Shown: positions 24,763 to 38,962, numbered from the stretch's first letter. The stretch is 39,396 bases of DNA from Rotaria socialis (GCA_905331295.1 CAJNYD010000166.1:1-39396); one strand, 5' to 3'. The notes: a model not told the origin generated them from the letters alone. Made by a program: numbers and translations.

Positions 24763-27700
24763 ATGTCTGACAGCATATCTTCTTATTCTTCACTTTGTGC
24801 CCAACTGAGTATAATTGTTGATTTATCATCTTCATCATTCGATTTTAAACAGCTATATAGCCATCTATCATCACAGTCACCGCCTAATACTGATCACCAT
24901 CACTGGTACTTCGGCGGTCTTCGTTCTTATACAATCCCATTTGAATTTAATCACGATGAAATAACCATTAATCATGTTATATCAAAATTAAAATTATTAC
25001 AAAATCATTTATCTATATTACCGCCATTTTGGATATCATATAAAAAATGTCAACCACTACAACAACAACCAGTCCCATTTACACCAGCAACAACACCAGA
25101 GGTTATTCGCAAAAATATTAAATTAGGAAAGTTTTATGCTAACAATGGTTTCGATATCGAATATACTGGAGGTGCACTTGTTGGTATAGATAAATATATA
25201 TGGGATATACCAACACAAATAAAGGATCCATGGCGTCTAGTTTTTTATCATGATAAAATTGAAATTGATTATGGTTCTAAAGAAAAAAGACTGCGGAAAA
25301 CACTTAAAGCCGAAATTATGGATAGATGTGCTGTTATAATGACGCAAACCGATGGTTTTACACTATTTATTAATATGAATGGAAATCCTATTGATCATGA
25401 AGCTGTTAATTCAACAAAGTCTCTCAATATTAATGATGATGGTAAAAGGTCGAACTAACAAAATAGAGAAAATTTTAATTGATCATTTTTTTTTCTATGT
25501 AGAAATCGATCCTATATTACGTAAAATAGCTGAATCAAATATGTCATATACTCGTACTGCACCTCGAGAATCACAACCGTTCTATTCAACGATTCGTCTA
25601 TCTATTTCGCTTTCAAATTCATTCGATTATAATAACATGATAACGAATACTACTGATGAACATCGTTCTGAACAATTACAACGTTTAAATTCATGTTACA
25701 CACAGTTTATTGATTTTTTTCATCGCAATCATATATATGATTGTTTTGGTATTATAATAAGTATACCATCATCTATAGATTTTTCTTCTATATCATCACT
25801 ATTTATGTCGAATGAAACAACATCATTTGTTAAACAGTATTGTTGGCAAATGTTAATGTCTATTGGATATCGTTTTCAACAACGGTTAACAGCAGATTTT
25901 ATTCAACAAATGAATTCTATTGGAGATGATGATGAATTTTATCAGGTAATTTCTTAAATGAATAAGTAAGAAACGAACCACCAATATGTTTGTTTGGTTA
26001 AAGAAATGTAAATTTCGTATTTACTTAAAAGATTATAAAATGATAAATATTTTCTGATTTTTGACAACTTATGTAAACTCAAAGATTTTAATCTATATTA
26101 TTATATTTTCATTAAGAGATAAAATAAGTGATTAATAAAGCTTAATTAATATTGACATTGGACTTGAAAATCTATCTTCATTCATCTAAAATCATCATGT
26201 TTCATCATTTTAATATAACTTTTGATTAAAGTTTGACTTTCAAAAAAAAAGAATAAATATTTGCTTGACAAACTTTTGACTCCGTTCGTTATTTATGTGC
26301 ATGCTACCACAATCGAAGCCCGTAGCGGCTTTACACAACATTCAATTTGTATAATTTTATATCGGTTTTTCTTGTCAAAAATCGAGTGTTTTTTAGCGTG
26401 TTTTCCATTTTTGAAAGACAATATTAGATACCATTATCACAGGTTTTATTATCTAGGCATCACTTCATATATGGCGTCGTTCAAGTGAATATTATTTTAT
26501 TGATTTACTCGGTGAATTACGTCGTTATCGAGAAAAAATCGTTGCACAAACAGTATTTCTACCTTCGCCACCCTCGTATTCAATTAATAATCATCGTCAA
26601 CAAGGTATGAAAAATGATGACAGTCAACAAGAACGTTGGAGTATTCGTACACCACCTCGCAATTATGCTTATGTACCATCCGTAACATTAACGCCAACAA
26701 CAATATGTGTGAATCCATTTAAATTAGTTAAAACAAATCGAGTTTTACGTGAATCGAAATTTGGTGGAAATCTTATGTTTGCTCTTGTTGATGTTAAAGA
26801 TGAAAATGGTACAATGGATCTATTTCCTCATGATTGTATGTTTTAACGAAAATATGAAATTTCCTAGTTAATAAAATGTTTTATTTTTCATTCTAGATCG
26901 TGCTTTACGTTGGAAAACTGAAATGCTACTTGAATCAGGTTTTGATTTAGGTACAAAAGGTCGAACATATCGTTATTTACATCATTCACAATCACAATTA
27001 AAAGATAAACAATTTTGGTTTTATCATAATGATGGTGAAACGAATTTTTCATTTGAAGAGGCATTTGCTTGGATGGGAGATTTTCAAGAAGAACGAATTG
27101 TTGCTAAACATGCCGCACGCATTGCACAATGTTTTACAAGTGCTGAAGCAACTATTCAAGTAGAAAACTAAATTATTATATCGTGATTAAGTTTTAAATT
27201 ATTCTTTACAGATTCCATCAGAAAAAGTTGAATATATTGAGGATATTCATACAGATGATAATAAATATAATTTTACTGATGGCGTTGGAACGATGTCAAC
27301 TACTATACGTGACAATGTAAGCAAATAATTTCTTCTTAATCATTCATTGTTATCTTAGTCATGTTTGACTGATGTGTAGTCAGTCATGTGAAGAATGATT
27401 TTATTTTCGATATAAAATCGAAAGAACACGATCTTCATTTTAAAAGCTTCATTAGAACTAATAACCAGCCAGGAAGTATTCCACGGGTGCTCTTTTTTGA
27501 ATAATTTTCGGTCGGTAAAAAATAGGCAACTGTAGTTTTTGCTATAGCCTTGCTTTTAGGCAAGTTCTTAATGCAATAGATCTCGATGAGTTCGACTCGG
27601 TGTCAAAACTAAACGATTCCATATGATAAAAATGAAATGAAAGTTAACGATACTGGAAATCTAAATGCTGAATTTAAACTCGATAATAGTCGTCTTTGTA

Positions 27701-30700
27701 ATTGTCTACTCTGAACGAATTGTTTCTTTCAAAAAACTGCCTAAAGTAAGTATACTTCCAGAGCTGATGAGATAAAGTCAATTGAGTTGTTTTGATAAAA
27801 GCTTCAATTTTGATAGATCATTTACTGATGAAACTCGTCCTAGAGAAATAAAAGATGACCCAGTGAAAATAAAAATCTTAGCACATCATATTCACTCAAC
27901 ATTTGAACACTTAAAGGCCACTATTAAAAGTCAATACAGAAAATTATTTTGTATTTCAATGATGTTATCTAATGCATCGAGATAGAAAAGAGATTTTGCC
28001 TAAGATGAAATCATTCGAAAGAAAATCTATGTATCAATTATAAAAACTTGAAAAGCAAACATTATTTATAGAAAATCTGTTTTGTTTTTTTGTTCGCCTA
28101 TAGATTAATCCATATCGACAATTCTCAGCAATTCAAATTCGTTATGGTGGCTGTAAAGGTGTTATATCTGTAAATCCTGATTTAGATAATTCACCACATC
28201 AACTACGTATTCGTCAGTCGATGAGAAAATTCAAATGTTCACACGATATATTGGAATTATGTCGCATTTCAAAACCACGTAAAATAACTTTTTTCTAATA
28301 TATTGTCATTGCTTAACTTGATTATGTATGTCATTATTATTAAATTTGTTTTCTTTTCTTTATCTATGTTTAGGTCCACTCTATTTAAATCGACAAATCA
28401 TTGTTTTACTTTCACATCGTGAGATTGATGATCGTACATTTCTTTTATTACAACATCAACACCAGCAAAACTTATCAGAATCACTTGTTTATCCAGCACG
28501 TGCCTACGAATTATTAGCAGAAAAAATCAATCGAAGTTTATTTCCATTGCGTACATTAATTAATGATGCACATTTAAATCTAATTCAAGAGCCATTCTTT
28601 CGTCAATTAATAATAACAACAAGTAAATTCGAGCTTGCACAAATGCGTGAACGTACACGTTTGAAATTACCAAAAAATTCAGCTAGAAATATGATTGGTA
28701 TTGTTGATGAATATGGAGTTTTAGAATATGGACAAGGTAAAACTATAAATAGATAAATTCGAAAAGCTCAATTCATAATTTTCTCTTATTGTTAGTGTTT
28801 GTTCAATATACAGAATTACATGGCGAAACATTAGATGATGAGTTAGGTTCCAGCAATGATTCATCGGTAACACCACAACCAGAAAAAGCTGTGATACTTG
28901 AACAAAAAGTTGTTGTTACAAAAAATCCGTGTCATCATCCAGGAGATATTCGAATTTTTGAAGCTGTTGACGTACCTCGTTTACGACACTTAAAAGATGT
29001 AATCGTTTTTCCACAACGTGGTAAACGACCTCATCCGAATGAAATATCTGGTTCTGATCTTGATGGTAAACAAAACAATTAGATTGCTCTCATTTTTGAT
29101 TTTAATCATTTTATTTATTTTTAACTAGGCGATGAATATGCTGTTTTATGGCATCCAGCATTTATTCCAAAAACACCCAATAATACACCCTTTGATTATG
29201 ATTCTCAAACGCCTATGTTACGCGTTGTTGATCGTCCTGTTAGCCGAGCAGATATTCAAGCAACTGTATTAGATATTAGTGAACAATCATGTGTGGGAAA
29301 ACTATGTTCACTTCATTTAGCTAATTCCGATCTTCATGGTGTTGCACACCCAAAAACATTAGCTATTGCTGGATATATTTCAGAAGAATTAGATGCAGCA
29401 AAAACTGGACAACATCCGTTAACACCAAAACAAATTACCCATTTACAATCTGAATTAGGAAATGAACGTCCAGATTATTTCGATAAACCATATTATAAAC
29501 TTTATCCATCGAAACATATTCTTGGTAAGTAATTAGATACGAGTTCAATCATATTGACTTGAGACAATAGTTAAAAATCGATTTAGTAATATTCAATTTT
29601 GATACATGTCTGTTATCACTAGATAAATGATATACTAAAATTTTGAGGGTAGCATTAATAAAAATAAGTTTATTATCTTAAAATGATATTTTATTAATTA
29701 GGTCAATTATTTCGTTCATGTCTTCGTTTTGAACCAAACTGGACAATAATTCAAACTCCACCAACAACAGTTAGTTCAACACCTGTCGATCCATTACTAG
29801 TTCATGATTTACATGTTGAATATACAACATCTGTTGAAGAAATCGCTCGTATCTATCGTGAAGCTATTATGGATATTATGTATGTCTATCGTTTTTCATC
29901 CGATGTTGATTTACTTTGTCGATTTGATTCATCATCATCACAACATAAAACACCAGTAACAAAACAACAAACGGATTCAGCTTGTCTTATTGCTGATTCG
30001 GCACAAGTTGAATTAAAACAATTGATACGACGTGTACGACGTTTATTTTATCATGAATTTCGTTTCTGTGATAAAACACATTCAGTTCGTTGTCAAACTA
30101 ATTGTATAAAATGTGCAGATAAAAAAATGGCTAAAGCAAGTGCACTCTACATACTATGTTATACAGATACACGTCATGCACGACGGATGCTAAGTTTACC
30201 ATGGCTATTTGCCTCATTATTAATAGAAACAAGAAAATTAAATATAAAAAAGCAAACAAAATTATGTAAGTTTAATAATTGATTCTTTTTTTTTTCAAAA
30301 TAAAATTTCTCACAATTATCTTTTAATTTCTTCTAGTATCACCAAAACTCGTTGCTCAAATGCTTGAAATTCAACCATATCAATTAATTGGTCAATCATT
30401 AAGACGTGCATTACAACATTTGTTTGACCAATCAAAACCATTTTATTTTCATCATTCATGCTCACATGATAATTCAAATTTAATAACTGTTTCACTTGGA
30501 CCAACATCAACAGCTAAACGTCTGTTATTAAAGCGTCAGATACTATTATTAGATTATTTTATTCTGGAAATTATTCATCATTTTGTTTATGAATCTCTAT
30601 CAAAAGAACGTTCACCAATAACAGCCGCAAAGCCGTCACTTCTTGAATCCGTTTGGCAACATATAATAACACGTTTTATTCTTGGTGAATGCTCACCATT

Positions 30701-30917
30701 AGTGCTTATAACATCAAAGTCGACTACTGTTTCAATTAATAAAGATTTTCAATGTTGGTCGGATGAACAAGCATGTAAAACATTACAACGCGTAATTGAT
30801 ATAAGTGTTCAATGTGCTGAACATGGACCAGATTCAACTGATTACGCACATGCTAATGAATATTTAGTTTCAACACTACAACAAATGGCTACAACTGGTT
30901 CTTTATTTTCGACATAG
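24763..30917 (+). CDS. Cellular (RNAi) RNA-dependent RNA polymerase, ~11 coding exons
   Basis: Motifs [15 protein letters not shown]...WF, WMGDF...[64 protein letters not shown] and [26 protein letters not shown] (catalytic motif split by intron 29066-29128), plus DAAKTG. Stop TAG at 30915-30917. Confidence 0.95.
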
Positions 30918-32018
30918 AAACGAAGAAAAGAAAAACTTATTTGATGTAAGCACGTTTTGCTTTCGAAGCCCAGTGATATATGTATATACATATATTTATC
31001 TTTTCTACTGACGCCAACTATTTATGTAGCTGGAAAAGTCGATTTCCGGCTGTGATGATATATTTTCATGCGTTGTTCTTTATTTTTCGTTTGTTTTCGT
31101 TTTTGCTGCCATGGATGGCACTTACATTTTTTTTAGAAATGTGTGTGTCATTTTTATTTTCTTTTTGCCTAGAAAAGTTGTGAAAAACAGAGCCTAAAAA
31201 AAGTAGACTGTAGACTAAAAAAAATACATATAGATTTGAAAAACGAGCAAAATTGTTTTTTCTACATCAATACGACGGATAAATAAGCTTAACATTGAAC
31301 GTCGAAAAAAAAAGCAATAGAGCTATATCTTTACCTAAGAGTTGTTTACTATTCTATTCTATATTGATTTACAATCTAGGATTAAAAAAGAAAGATAATA
31401 TCTATAGGAACTATTCTTGCTCTTATCATCTTTTTGGATTTGTTATAACATTATTTTAATTTTTCCTATTTTGATCAGTTCAGTAGAAAAAAACATTTTC
31501 ACTTTATCAAGAAAACCGATACACCAACATTATCATTACGCCGTTGCATTGATAATATTTATTTTTCTTTGTGTTGATAACTTCTATCTACTCGTTATTT
31601 TGTTGGTTCCTAGTCATTGAATCATGAACTACTCATCCATCAATGCTTTTGCTTGTTCCTCTGATATAACTTGATTAGAGCCGTCTAAAATTAAATCTCA
31701 GCGACAGCACAAAATATGGAAAAGAAAATATATGTGTATGCTAATCAGTATTCTAAAAATAACTACCAGGAATCTCGCTAGATCAAAAACTATGTAGCTA
31801 AGTACGAGAGTAAAATAATAAATAAAAGAGCACGTAGAATATTACAAGAATAACTGGCCTAGACAAAAAATAAATGAATACCATCGAAACCTTTTACAGA
31901 CATATTTATTCGTGAATAATATATTTTTCTACAAATTTAAACATTTAAATTGCTAACTAAATGGCTATGAAAACGTATATTTAAATTGTTAACTGAATAA
32001 TTGTAATGACAAATGAAT

Positions 32019-32438
32019 TTATTCTTCTTCCTCTTCCTTTTCTTCTTCTTCTTCTTCTTCTTTTTCTTCTTCTTCATCTCCTTTTGCCTTGTTATTGTCT
32101 CCATGCGGTGGCGCTACAGGATTTGATGGATTACTGGGACTACCTTCGTCGGTTTTTGTTAACATCCACAATTGACGACTACCAACTTTTGATTGACTCA
32201 TTACAGTAAAACCAACTTTTTTTAATGTTTCCAGAATATGTGCTGGTGGATCAGAACATTGAACACCTTTTTCATGATCACATAATTTCTCATTTGTACA
32301 TGATTCTTGTAAGACTCGGATAAGTTCCGGTTGTATACGATAATTTTTAACACCAGTACTATGAACTAGTGTTGGTCCTGATCTTTCTTCCGATGCTTCA
32401 CATGATATTGTTAACGTAGTATGCATTGCCAACGCCAT
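32019..32438 (-). CDS. GTP cyclohydrolase I feedback regulatory protein (GFRP)-like protein with acidic C-terminal extension
   Basis: Single 139-aa ORF with the GFRP pattern GPTLV...PEL...DPPxxILExLxxxGFxVxSxxxVG...WML, followed by a Pro/Asn linker and a poly-Glu tail. Confidence 0.75.
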   Translation of the reverse strand: MALAMHTTLTISCEASEERSGPTLVHSTGVKNYRIQPELIRVLQESCTNEKLCDHEKGVQCSDPPAHILETLKKVGFTVMSQSKVGSRQLWMLTKTDEGSPSNPSNPVAPPHGDNNKAKGDEEEEKEEEEEEEKEEEEE

Positions 32439-33752
32439 AATTCTTCTAGGTTAATCGAACGAACTGTTTACAAGAGAGAAAAAAAGATAAAACTATGAGA
32501 CTTAGTAAACAGAATGCTTTCTACCTATATAGCTATATATATTTATGAAAGAGAAGGCCTTGAAAATAAGTATGCGTTGTACTATGTGATTTGAATATAT
32601 ATGTCTCTTTGCGTGAGAGAGAACGACAAATCATACCATCGATCTAGTATATAAAAGCGACAAAAAAAAGAGCATAGTAATAAGCAATGCAGAAAAAAAA
32701 GAACCAGGATAAGAAAAACAACAGTGCGACTCTTTTTAATTATATGCCTGAATAAGTAATCAACGTGTATAGAAAGAAACATTTTTTTATTTTGAAATTT
32801 GATGAATCGAATCTTGATTTCCCAAAATTAGCTATATTTTCAACATTGATTTCTCTCCATAGATAATTCGATAGAAATTTATCCAGGCTTTGAATAGGAG
32901 TAAACATTTCTCAGTAAACGTGAGAGTAAAGAACGATATTTTTTCGACATCAATGAAGCATGTCGAAGATTGTTTATCTAAAACAATAAAAATACTTGAA
33001 GGAAACTACTGATTGAACACACATATGTAAATATTTATCTATTTAAAATCGTCAAGAATAAAAATACAATTTTATTTTTAATACACCATTAGCCGCCATA
33101 CATATGTTGACATACAAAAAATACAATAATATATTTTTTATGATTATTGTATCATTAAAAATATTGCTAGAAAACTAATTGTATTATTCTACACATTCTT
33201 CTTGTATGGTCATCATTTGAAACCATTGAAGCAATCGTTTCTGTATCGTCTTTCTCTCATTACTCTCATAAGAAACCATTTTTGCAGCGACATGAAAGAA
33301 ATTGATTATTTCATTTTGGTAAATGATCGATAGTGAAATGTCATATTTCTAGTCCATTATGATTCGATGTGAAAAACATCATTTTGGGATGTAATATTTT
33401 CGTTCCTATTGAGGATAGAAATCTTTTATACTTTCTCTTTATTAATTAACAATGGCTGTATGAATCACGTACTCGAAGAGGTTTTGTGTTTACAAACGAG
33501 TACATTTCATAGCAAATATGTTTAATGTAGATCGAGGAGCTCGATAAAAATCTTGCCCAAGTTCAATCTGAATCACTATGTTTTAATGCTCAAACTTTTT
33601 CAGTTGATCCATAGAACGACTTCTAAATGTAATATCTAGATGATTTAATGGTGTTTTTTTGTTTTCTGATGCATACTTATTTAATACACATTGAATTTCT
33701 CAGTCAATTTTGTTCTTCTTGGCAGCCTATATCATAATCATAACTTGATAAA

Positions 33753-33777
33753 GCAACAACAACAACAACAACAACAA
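33753..33777. repeat. (CAA)n microsatellite
   Basis: About 8 tandem CAA units read directly. Confidence 0.85.
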
Positions 33778-34651
33778 TTATTATTATCTTTTATGAGATG
33801 CACCAGAATATGGACGATTTTGTTTTTATTAAGTAAAATTACAGAATAAAACACTTTTAACACGATACGATTTACAGAGCCAATCAGCGCATCATCCCTC
33901 AAGATAACATGAAATGATTTTTTTCATCGATCCAAAACAATTTTAAATGTCAAATACTCTCATGAATCAGACCCGATAAATTTATTTTAGTTTTCGAAAT
34001 GCAAAGCACCAGTGTGTTTAGTATATAAAAAGAAAAAGAGATGAATTTCATACGTTCATGCGTGCCTCTAAAATTACTTGTATTCAATTCGAACGTGAAC
34101 AAAATCTCTTTTCTCCTAATCTATATAAATATTACATAGAATGTTCAAAACCTATGTATTTATTTTCGAATTCGTGTCTCTTTGTAATATGATATTGTTT
34201 TGATAGAAAGTAGTTGCGTGCCTATTTGATCTGTAAAGTGCACATAAGAATAAAACTGAATCATACTGTGTCTTTTTAATTAATTGCAGTGATCTAGAAT
34301 ATTTTATTTTTTTGCTAAATCAAAAAGCGAAAAAAACCAACAAATAGTGCTTATAAGGAATCTTTGACAAAGATAATTGTGAAATTACTAAAACGAACAC
34401 TATAATGATTTAGAAAAAAAAACCGAGAAGACATAAAAGAGTATTTACATGGAGATTTCAGAAAATTCGAAAAAAATAAAATAAAATGGATGAGATAAAA
34501 TAGGAATAGATTCATTTGTTCGGATTCTTCTTTATCACAAACTGTCCTGTTTTGTAAGTTTACTTTTCTCTAACACACTTCACAGACAGAACAATTCTAA
34601 ATTGCAGTTGAGTTTGACTGAATAAAACAAAAATGAAATTTGATCATAATT

Positions 34652-36228
34652 TTAATTTTGATTTTGTAATAATTCTAATGATCGCGTGTCCAGAAAATGT
34701 TTTGGATTTATTGTTAACATTAGTATATTGAGAAAAATATTAATTAAGGCTATAATTCCAATAATAGCTAATGCAGCAATATTGTATAGAGCTAGTTTAG
34801 TTTGTGATTGCCGTTTTGTAATATCGCCTTTGCCAAGAATATATAGGATAACAGCTAAACCACATTGAAATATAATCGATACGCAAACAAATACAAGAGA
34901 TGCAGTCCAAATTTGATCGCGTTGTTTTTGTAATATTAATGTTCGCATTTGCATGGCATTGCTTGCTAATGAAATTTTATTTTTATTAAAATCATTTTAT
35001 TTGAAAACTTGACTTACTCAATAAAGCAATCAAGAAAAAGACTTGCCCTATGAAATAAATGAATAGATAGAGAGAACAAGGCAATTCAAATAATTTACCA
35101 ATCGTCTTCTTGCTTGCATAGCCATTATAATTATATGTATATTCATTCTATGAAAAACAAAAAAAAGACATACAAACAAATGTAGTATAAGTAAGATTAA
35201 GAAAGTCATTCGAAACTTTTTGACATTTAATTTAAGAAATAATAAGTAAAGTAAAGATGTGGACAGGGCGATATAACTCCTTGCTCAACAACAACAATTT
35301 ATTGTGTAAATGTCATATGTACGACTTGTTAGTCAATAAGTCATGTTTTATACATTCGAACTAGCACGAAAAAGCAAAGCTACAATGACACGACGACTAA
35401 CTTCAACTTGTAAAATGAAAGCGCTTCAAATCATATTATGTCTACGCGTATAAAATGCTATCACTTGAACACCGAGTTTTTCTCATATTTTCTAAAAATT
35501 GATCCGCACAAATATCTATTTTTCATTCAGAGAAAATAAACATCACTTTTTCGACTTCTATTTATTTAATACCAACATTATATTCATCATTTCGTTTTAT
35601 AATGTTTGATTGACATCAATTATATTTTAAATCTTATAAGTGGTATGCATATGACCGAGACAAGAAGACAGTAATGCTTTCATTTTATGCATTAAAAAAA
35701 ATGCACAGTACAAACTCATCAAGGTTAATCACAGCTACCATAGTTATATGTACACATAATAATATCAATCTAATGATTCAATTATGTATTTTATCATATA
35801 TAATAAATTTTATCCGCATAATCACAATATACCAGTTCAAGAAGAATTTTTATGAAAATAACAATGCAACTACTTGAAAACTTACATTATTATCATCATC
35901 AGTATGTTCCTCATTATCATCCTAAGAATGAGCAAATTCAAGCAATAGTTTGTTATGTTTATTAGCCAAAACAAATAAATTATATATCATAGTAATGAGT
36001 GAATAAACTTTTTTTAAATCTTACCCTTCTTGATTCAGCATCGATAACAGGTGTACGATATGATGGCTCATCATTACGTTTTGGTGCTACAGGTTTTTCT
36101 AAAAGGGTATCACTCTGTGACTGTTGAGTTAAGTCAAATCGAGCAGGTACTGCTGGAGGAGGACCATTCGAAACTGCTGGATACTGAACTGGTGCAGATG
36201 GCGTCTGATGATAGACATACGTTGTCAT
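34652..36228 (-). CDS. Ninjurin-family membrane protein, 5 coding exons including 36-, 49- and 30-nt micro-exons
   Basis: Spliced translation: Pro-rich N-terminus, then YNGYASKKTIGQVFFLIALLTSNAMQMRTLI (ninjurin YASKK...IALL.NA.Q), then two hydrophobic helices around GDI...KL..YN. Confidence 0.9.
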
Positions 36229-36804
36229 ATTTTCTAAATTTGATCTAACTATGAAGACAAAAATATATAAATAAATGAACTGTTTATTATATATATAATA
36301 TATGTTTGAAGAAAAACCAAATGATCAAAAGCGTCTAGCGATGAATAACGCAAACAATACGTCATTTATTTTCTCATTTTTTCTTTTCCTTTCTTGTTCA
36401 TTTTTTTTCAATCTCTCTCGCTCTCTCTACTTTTCTGACTCCTACATGAGTGCGAATCGTGTGTATGCCAAGGCTATTTTGTAATATGTAGCCATATCAG
36501 TTGCCTCGTTTTTTTCTCTTCCTAACAAATCAAAACAATCAATCTATTACGATGAGTAAGAAAAAAAACTCGAGTCAACTTACTCACGCGAGAATCGTAT
36601 AGTATGACAGTACGTATTTGCAAATTGAAATGAAATGTTTATCGAGAGATATAGTCAGCTTTTTATAATTTCAATACAAAAACACAACTATAAAAGATGC
36701 TGGGTCAAAAAATTCGGAAGTAAGCAAGAGAATGAATAACCAAAGAAACGAAAGACTGCTTTTGTTATTGATAGAGAGACGTCAACGTTAGCGGATAAGT
36801 CTTT

Positions 36805-36824
36805 TCTCTCTCTCTCTCTCTCTC
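36805..36824. repeat. (TC)n microsatellite upstream of ninjurin
   Basis: Direct reading of the sequence. Confidence 0.8.
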
Positions 36825-37562
36825 TTATGCTTTTCTCTTCTTTACGGCGACATACGTGTTTACTCGATTGAATATTAAATTTCTTTTTTTACGCACACCA
36901 ACAAACTATTTCTTTTTCTTCTTCTGTGCGTGGATGGATGTCTACATATTATCTTCGACATGCGACTGTAAACAGGATAGATTGATTCTTGATCATATAA
37001 CATTATGGATTATGTCTAATCAGTCGATGATATTACCGACAAATAAAGGTCATTTCATAAAAGAAATGGTAAATAATAGAAAACTTCCGAGAAACAAAAT
37101 TAGTAATACATTTATTTCTCTTGAAGATAGAAAAAAAAACTCATATATGACGTAACTATCAATTATTTAGATATCTCTGTTTTTATGAAACCAGCTTTTT
37201 AACGTAAAGTTACACTCAACAAGTAACTATAAAGATTTGAAGAAGCTAGCAATAACTCCTGAAATTGAGACAGAAATTCTTTTTGTATCTGTTCATCTTA
37301 GACATTCTCTTGAGAATATCTATCGAAAGCAAATTTGATTTTTTTCCCATCTTGCAAATCAACTAGTCATCATTGGAATAGACAACATAGAAACAAAATC
37401 ACTGCACGCTTCTAATCAAATTAGTCAGTTCTTCTAAAATATTCAGAATCCTGTATCATCTATCGCAATTCAATGAGAAGCGTTCCTCGACAGCGAGATG
37501 CAGCTCTATGGAGTGGCTATCTCGATGAACCTCTTGGCGAGTTCAGTGATCAACAAAATATA

Positions 37563-38163
37563 CCCAAGCGAATGAGTACGGTCGTGTTCCGATAGGAAAG
37601 TAACGAGAAAAGTCACAAGGCGGAAACAGTAGTTCGACTGAAAAATTTTCCAATTATTTCCGGTCAACTTCTTGTTCTTTCCCACTAAATATTGTGTTCT
37701 TCATTGGAAAAACATAGAATTGATACGATTTTCATCAATCCAAAGTCATAAAGCTTGCCACCAAACAAAACTCTAAAATGTCGATATTACACGCACTAAT
37801 TAGATCTTATTGAAATTAAGCACTGAGTTCGCGTTCGAAATCTATGTTCTAGAGATCTGCGTGACCGGCTTTCCCGGTTGATTCTCGTAGAGATTTTAGA
37901 AATCACTAAGGCAGAAACGGGAACGATACTAAAAAATTTGTGTTGTATTATCATTAATGGTTCAATACTCAATATTATCCCGAGTTTATTTTTAAGTATA
38001 TCATATTACATTGTAAAACGATTGTTATTGCGAGAAGTTAGTCTCATGTATAGGGGTAGCTTTTTTAAAATACAAACAATGAAATCATCATGGGAATTTG
38101 AACGCCTTCCGGAGACGGGAACCGGGAGAAGACTTTTTGAACGATCAGGAAAGTAGGACTGGG
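37563..38163. repeat. Possible decayed interspersed repeat / DNA transposon relic
   Basis: Begins TA-CCCA, contains scattered CCGG/GGAA-rich motifs that are unusual for the AT-rich background, and ends near CTGGG. The TIR match is only 4 bp. Confidence 0.3.
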
Positions 38164-38310
38164 AAAAAACCAAATTTGTCTATAAGATTCGAATCGAGCG
38201 TCACCAATCAACAAAAACTGTACCCGCAGGGCTCTACTGTTTGCACAACACAACAGTAATTATTATCGATCGGTGAAATACTTCTCAGAGTTCACATATT
38301 GTCAAAATTA

Positions 38311-38654
38311 CTCATGTTGGAAAAACCGGAGTAAAATCGACGGTTTACCGCGGTTTTACCGCTCAGGTTACCGACTCCCATCAACACAAATTTACCGCGG
38401 TTTACCGCCGGTATTTTTCGATTAACCGGTTCGCTGAACGTTTATAAAAAAATTGTTGCTAAAAGTCATTGATCGGGCTATTTTAGGCATCTTTTTTTTC
38501 CTATATGATGACGGTAAAAAAGGGTACAGGAAAAACTAGCGGTTAACCGCGGTATTACCGCTCCGGTTACCGGCTCCCATTTCATACGAATTTACCACTT
38601 TTCTAAAATTACCGCGGTTTACCGCAAAAATTGAAGCGGTATTCGCGACATGGG
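38311..38654. mobile_element. ~344-bp MITE with internal CCGCGGT/TTACCG repeats
   Basis: Imperfect TIRs (CTCATGTTGGAAAAACCG vs reverse complement CCCATGTCGCGAATACCG) with TA on both flanks. Duplicated internal unit CCGCGGT.TTACCGCTC.GGTTACCG.CTCCCAT near 38348 and 38548. Confidence 0.72.
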
Positions 38655-38962
38655 TAGTTCTTTTTTTATTCTTTTCATGTTCTAACATCTTAACTTAATC
38701 ATTTTCCGTTTGTGTATACTTATGAAGACTTTCAAACATTTATATTCAAGCTCGAAAGTACACTTGTATTTAGAATAATCTATGCCATTAGATCGACAAC
38801 AGCATCCTGTGAAAAACGAAAATGAACGAATGAATGAATGAAGAAATTTCAAAAGATATAAATAAATAATAGTTTTGTGAGAGCTAGAATTAGTAGCTTT
38901 ATATTAATAACAATAAGTGTCAAAAGAGAAAAAATTTTTACTTTTGTATCGTTTCAATTATA

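Noticed and set aside
27782..27985. 67-aa ORF inside an RdRP intron
   Set aside because: The flanking RdRP exons join in frame without it; it is probably repeat-derived intron sequence.
24763..30917. RdRP as an endogenous viral element
   Set aside because: The DLDGD double-psi-barrel type motif and spliceosomal introns mark it as a cellular RNAi polymerase, not a viral GDD palm polymerase.
38340..38640. CRISPR-like array
   Set aside because: Repeats are short, irregularly spaced and lack unique spacers; no cas genes; better explained as MITE internal repeats.
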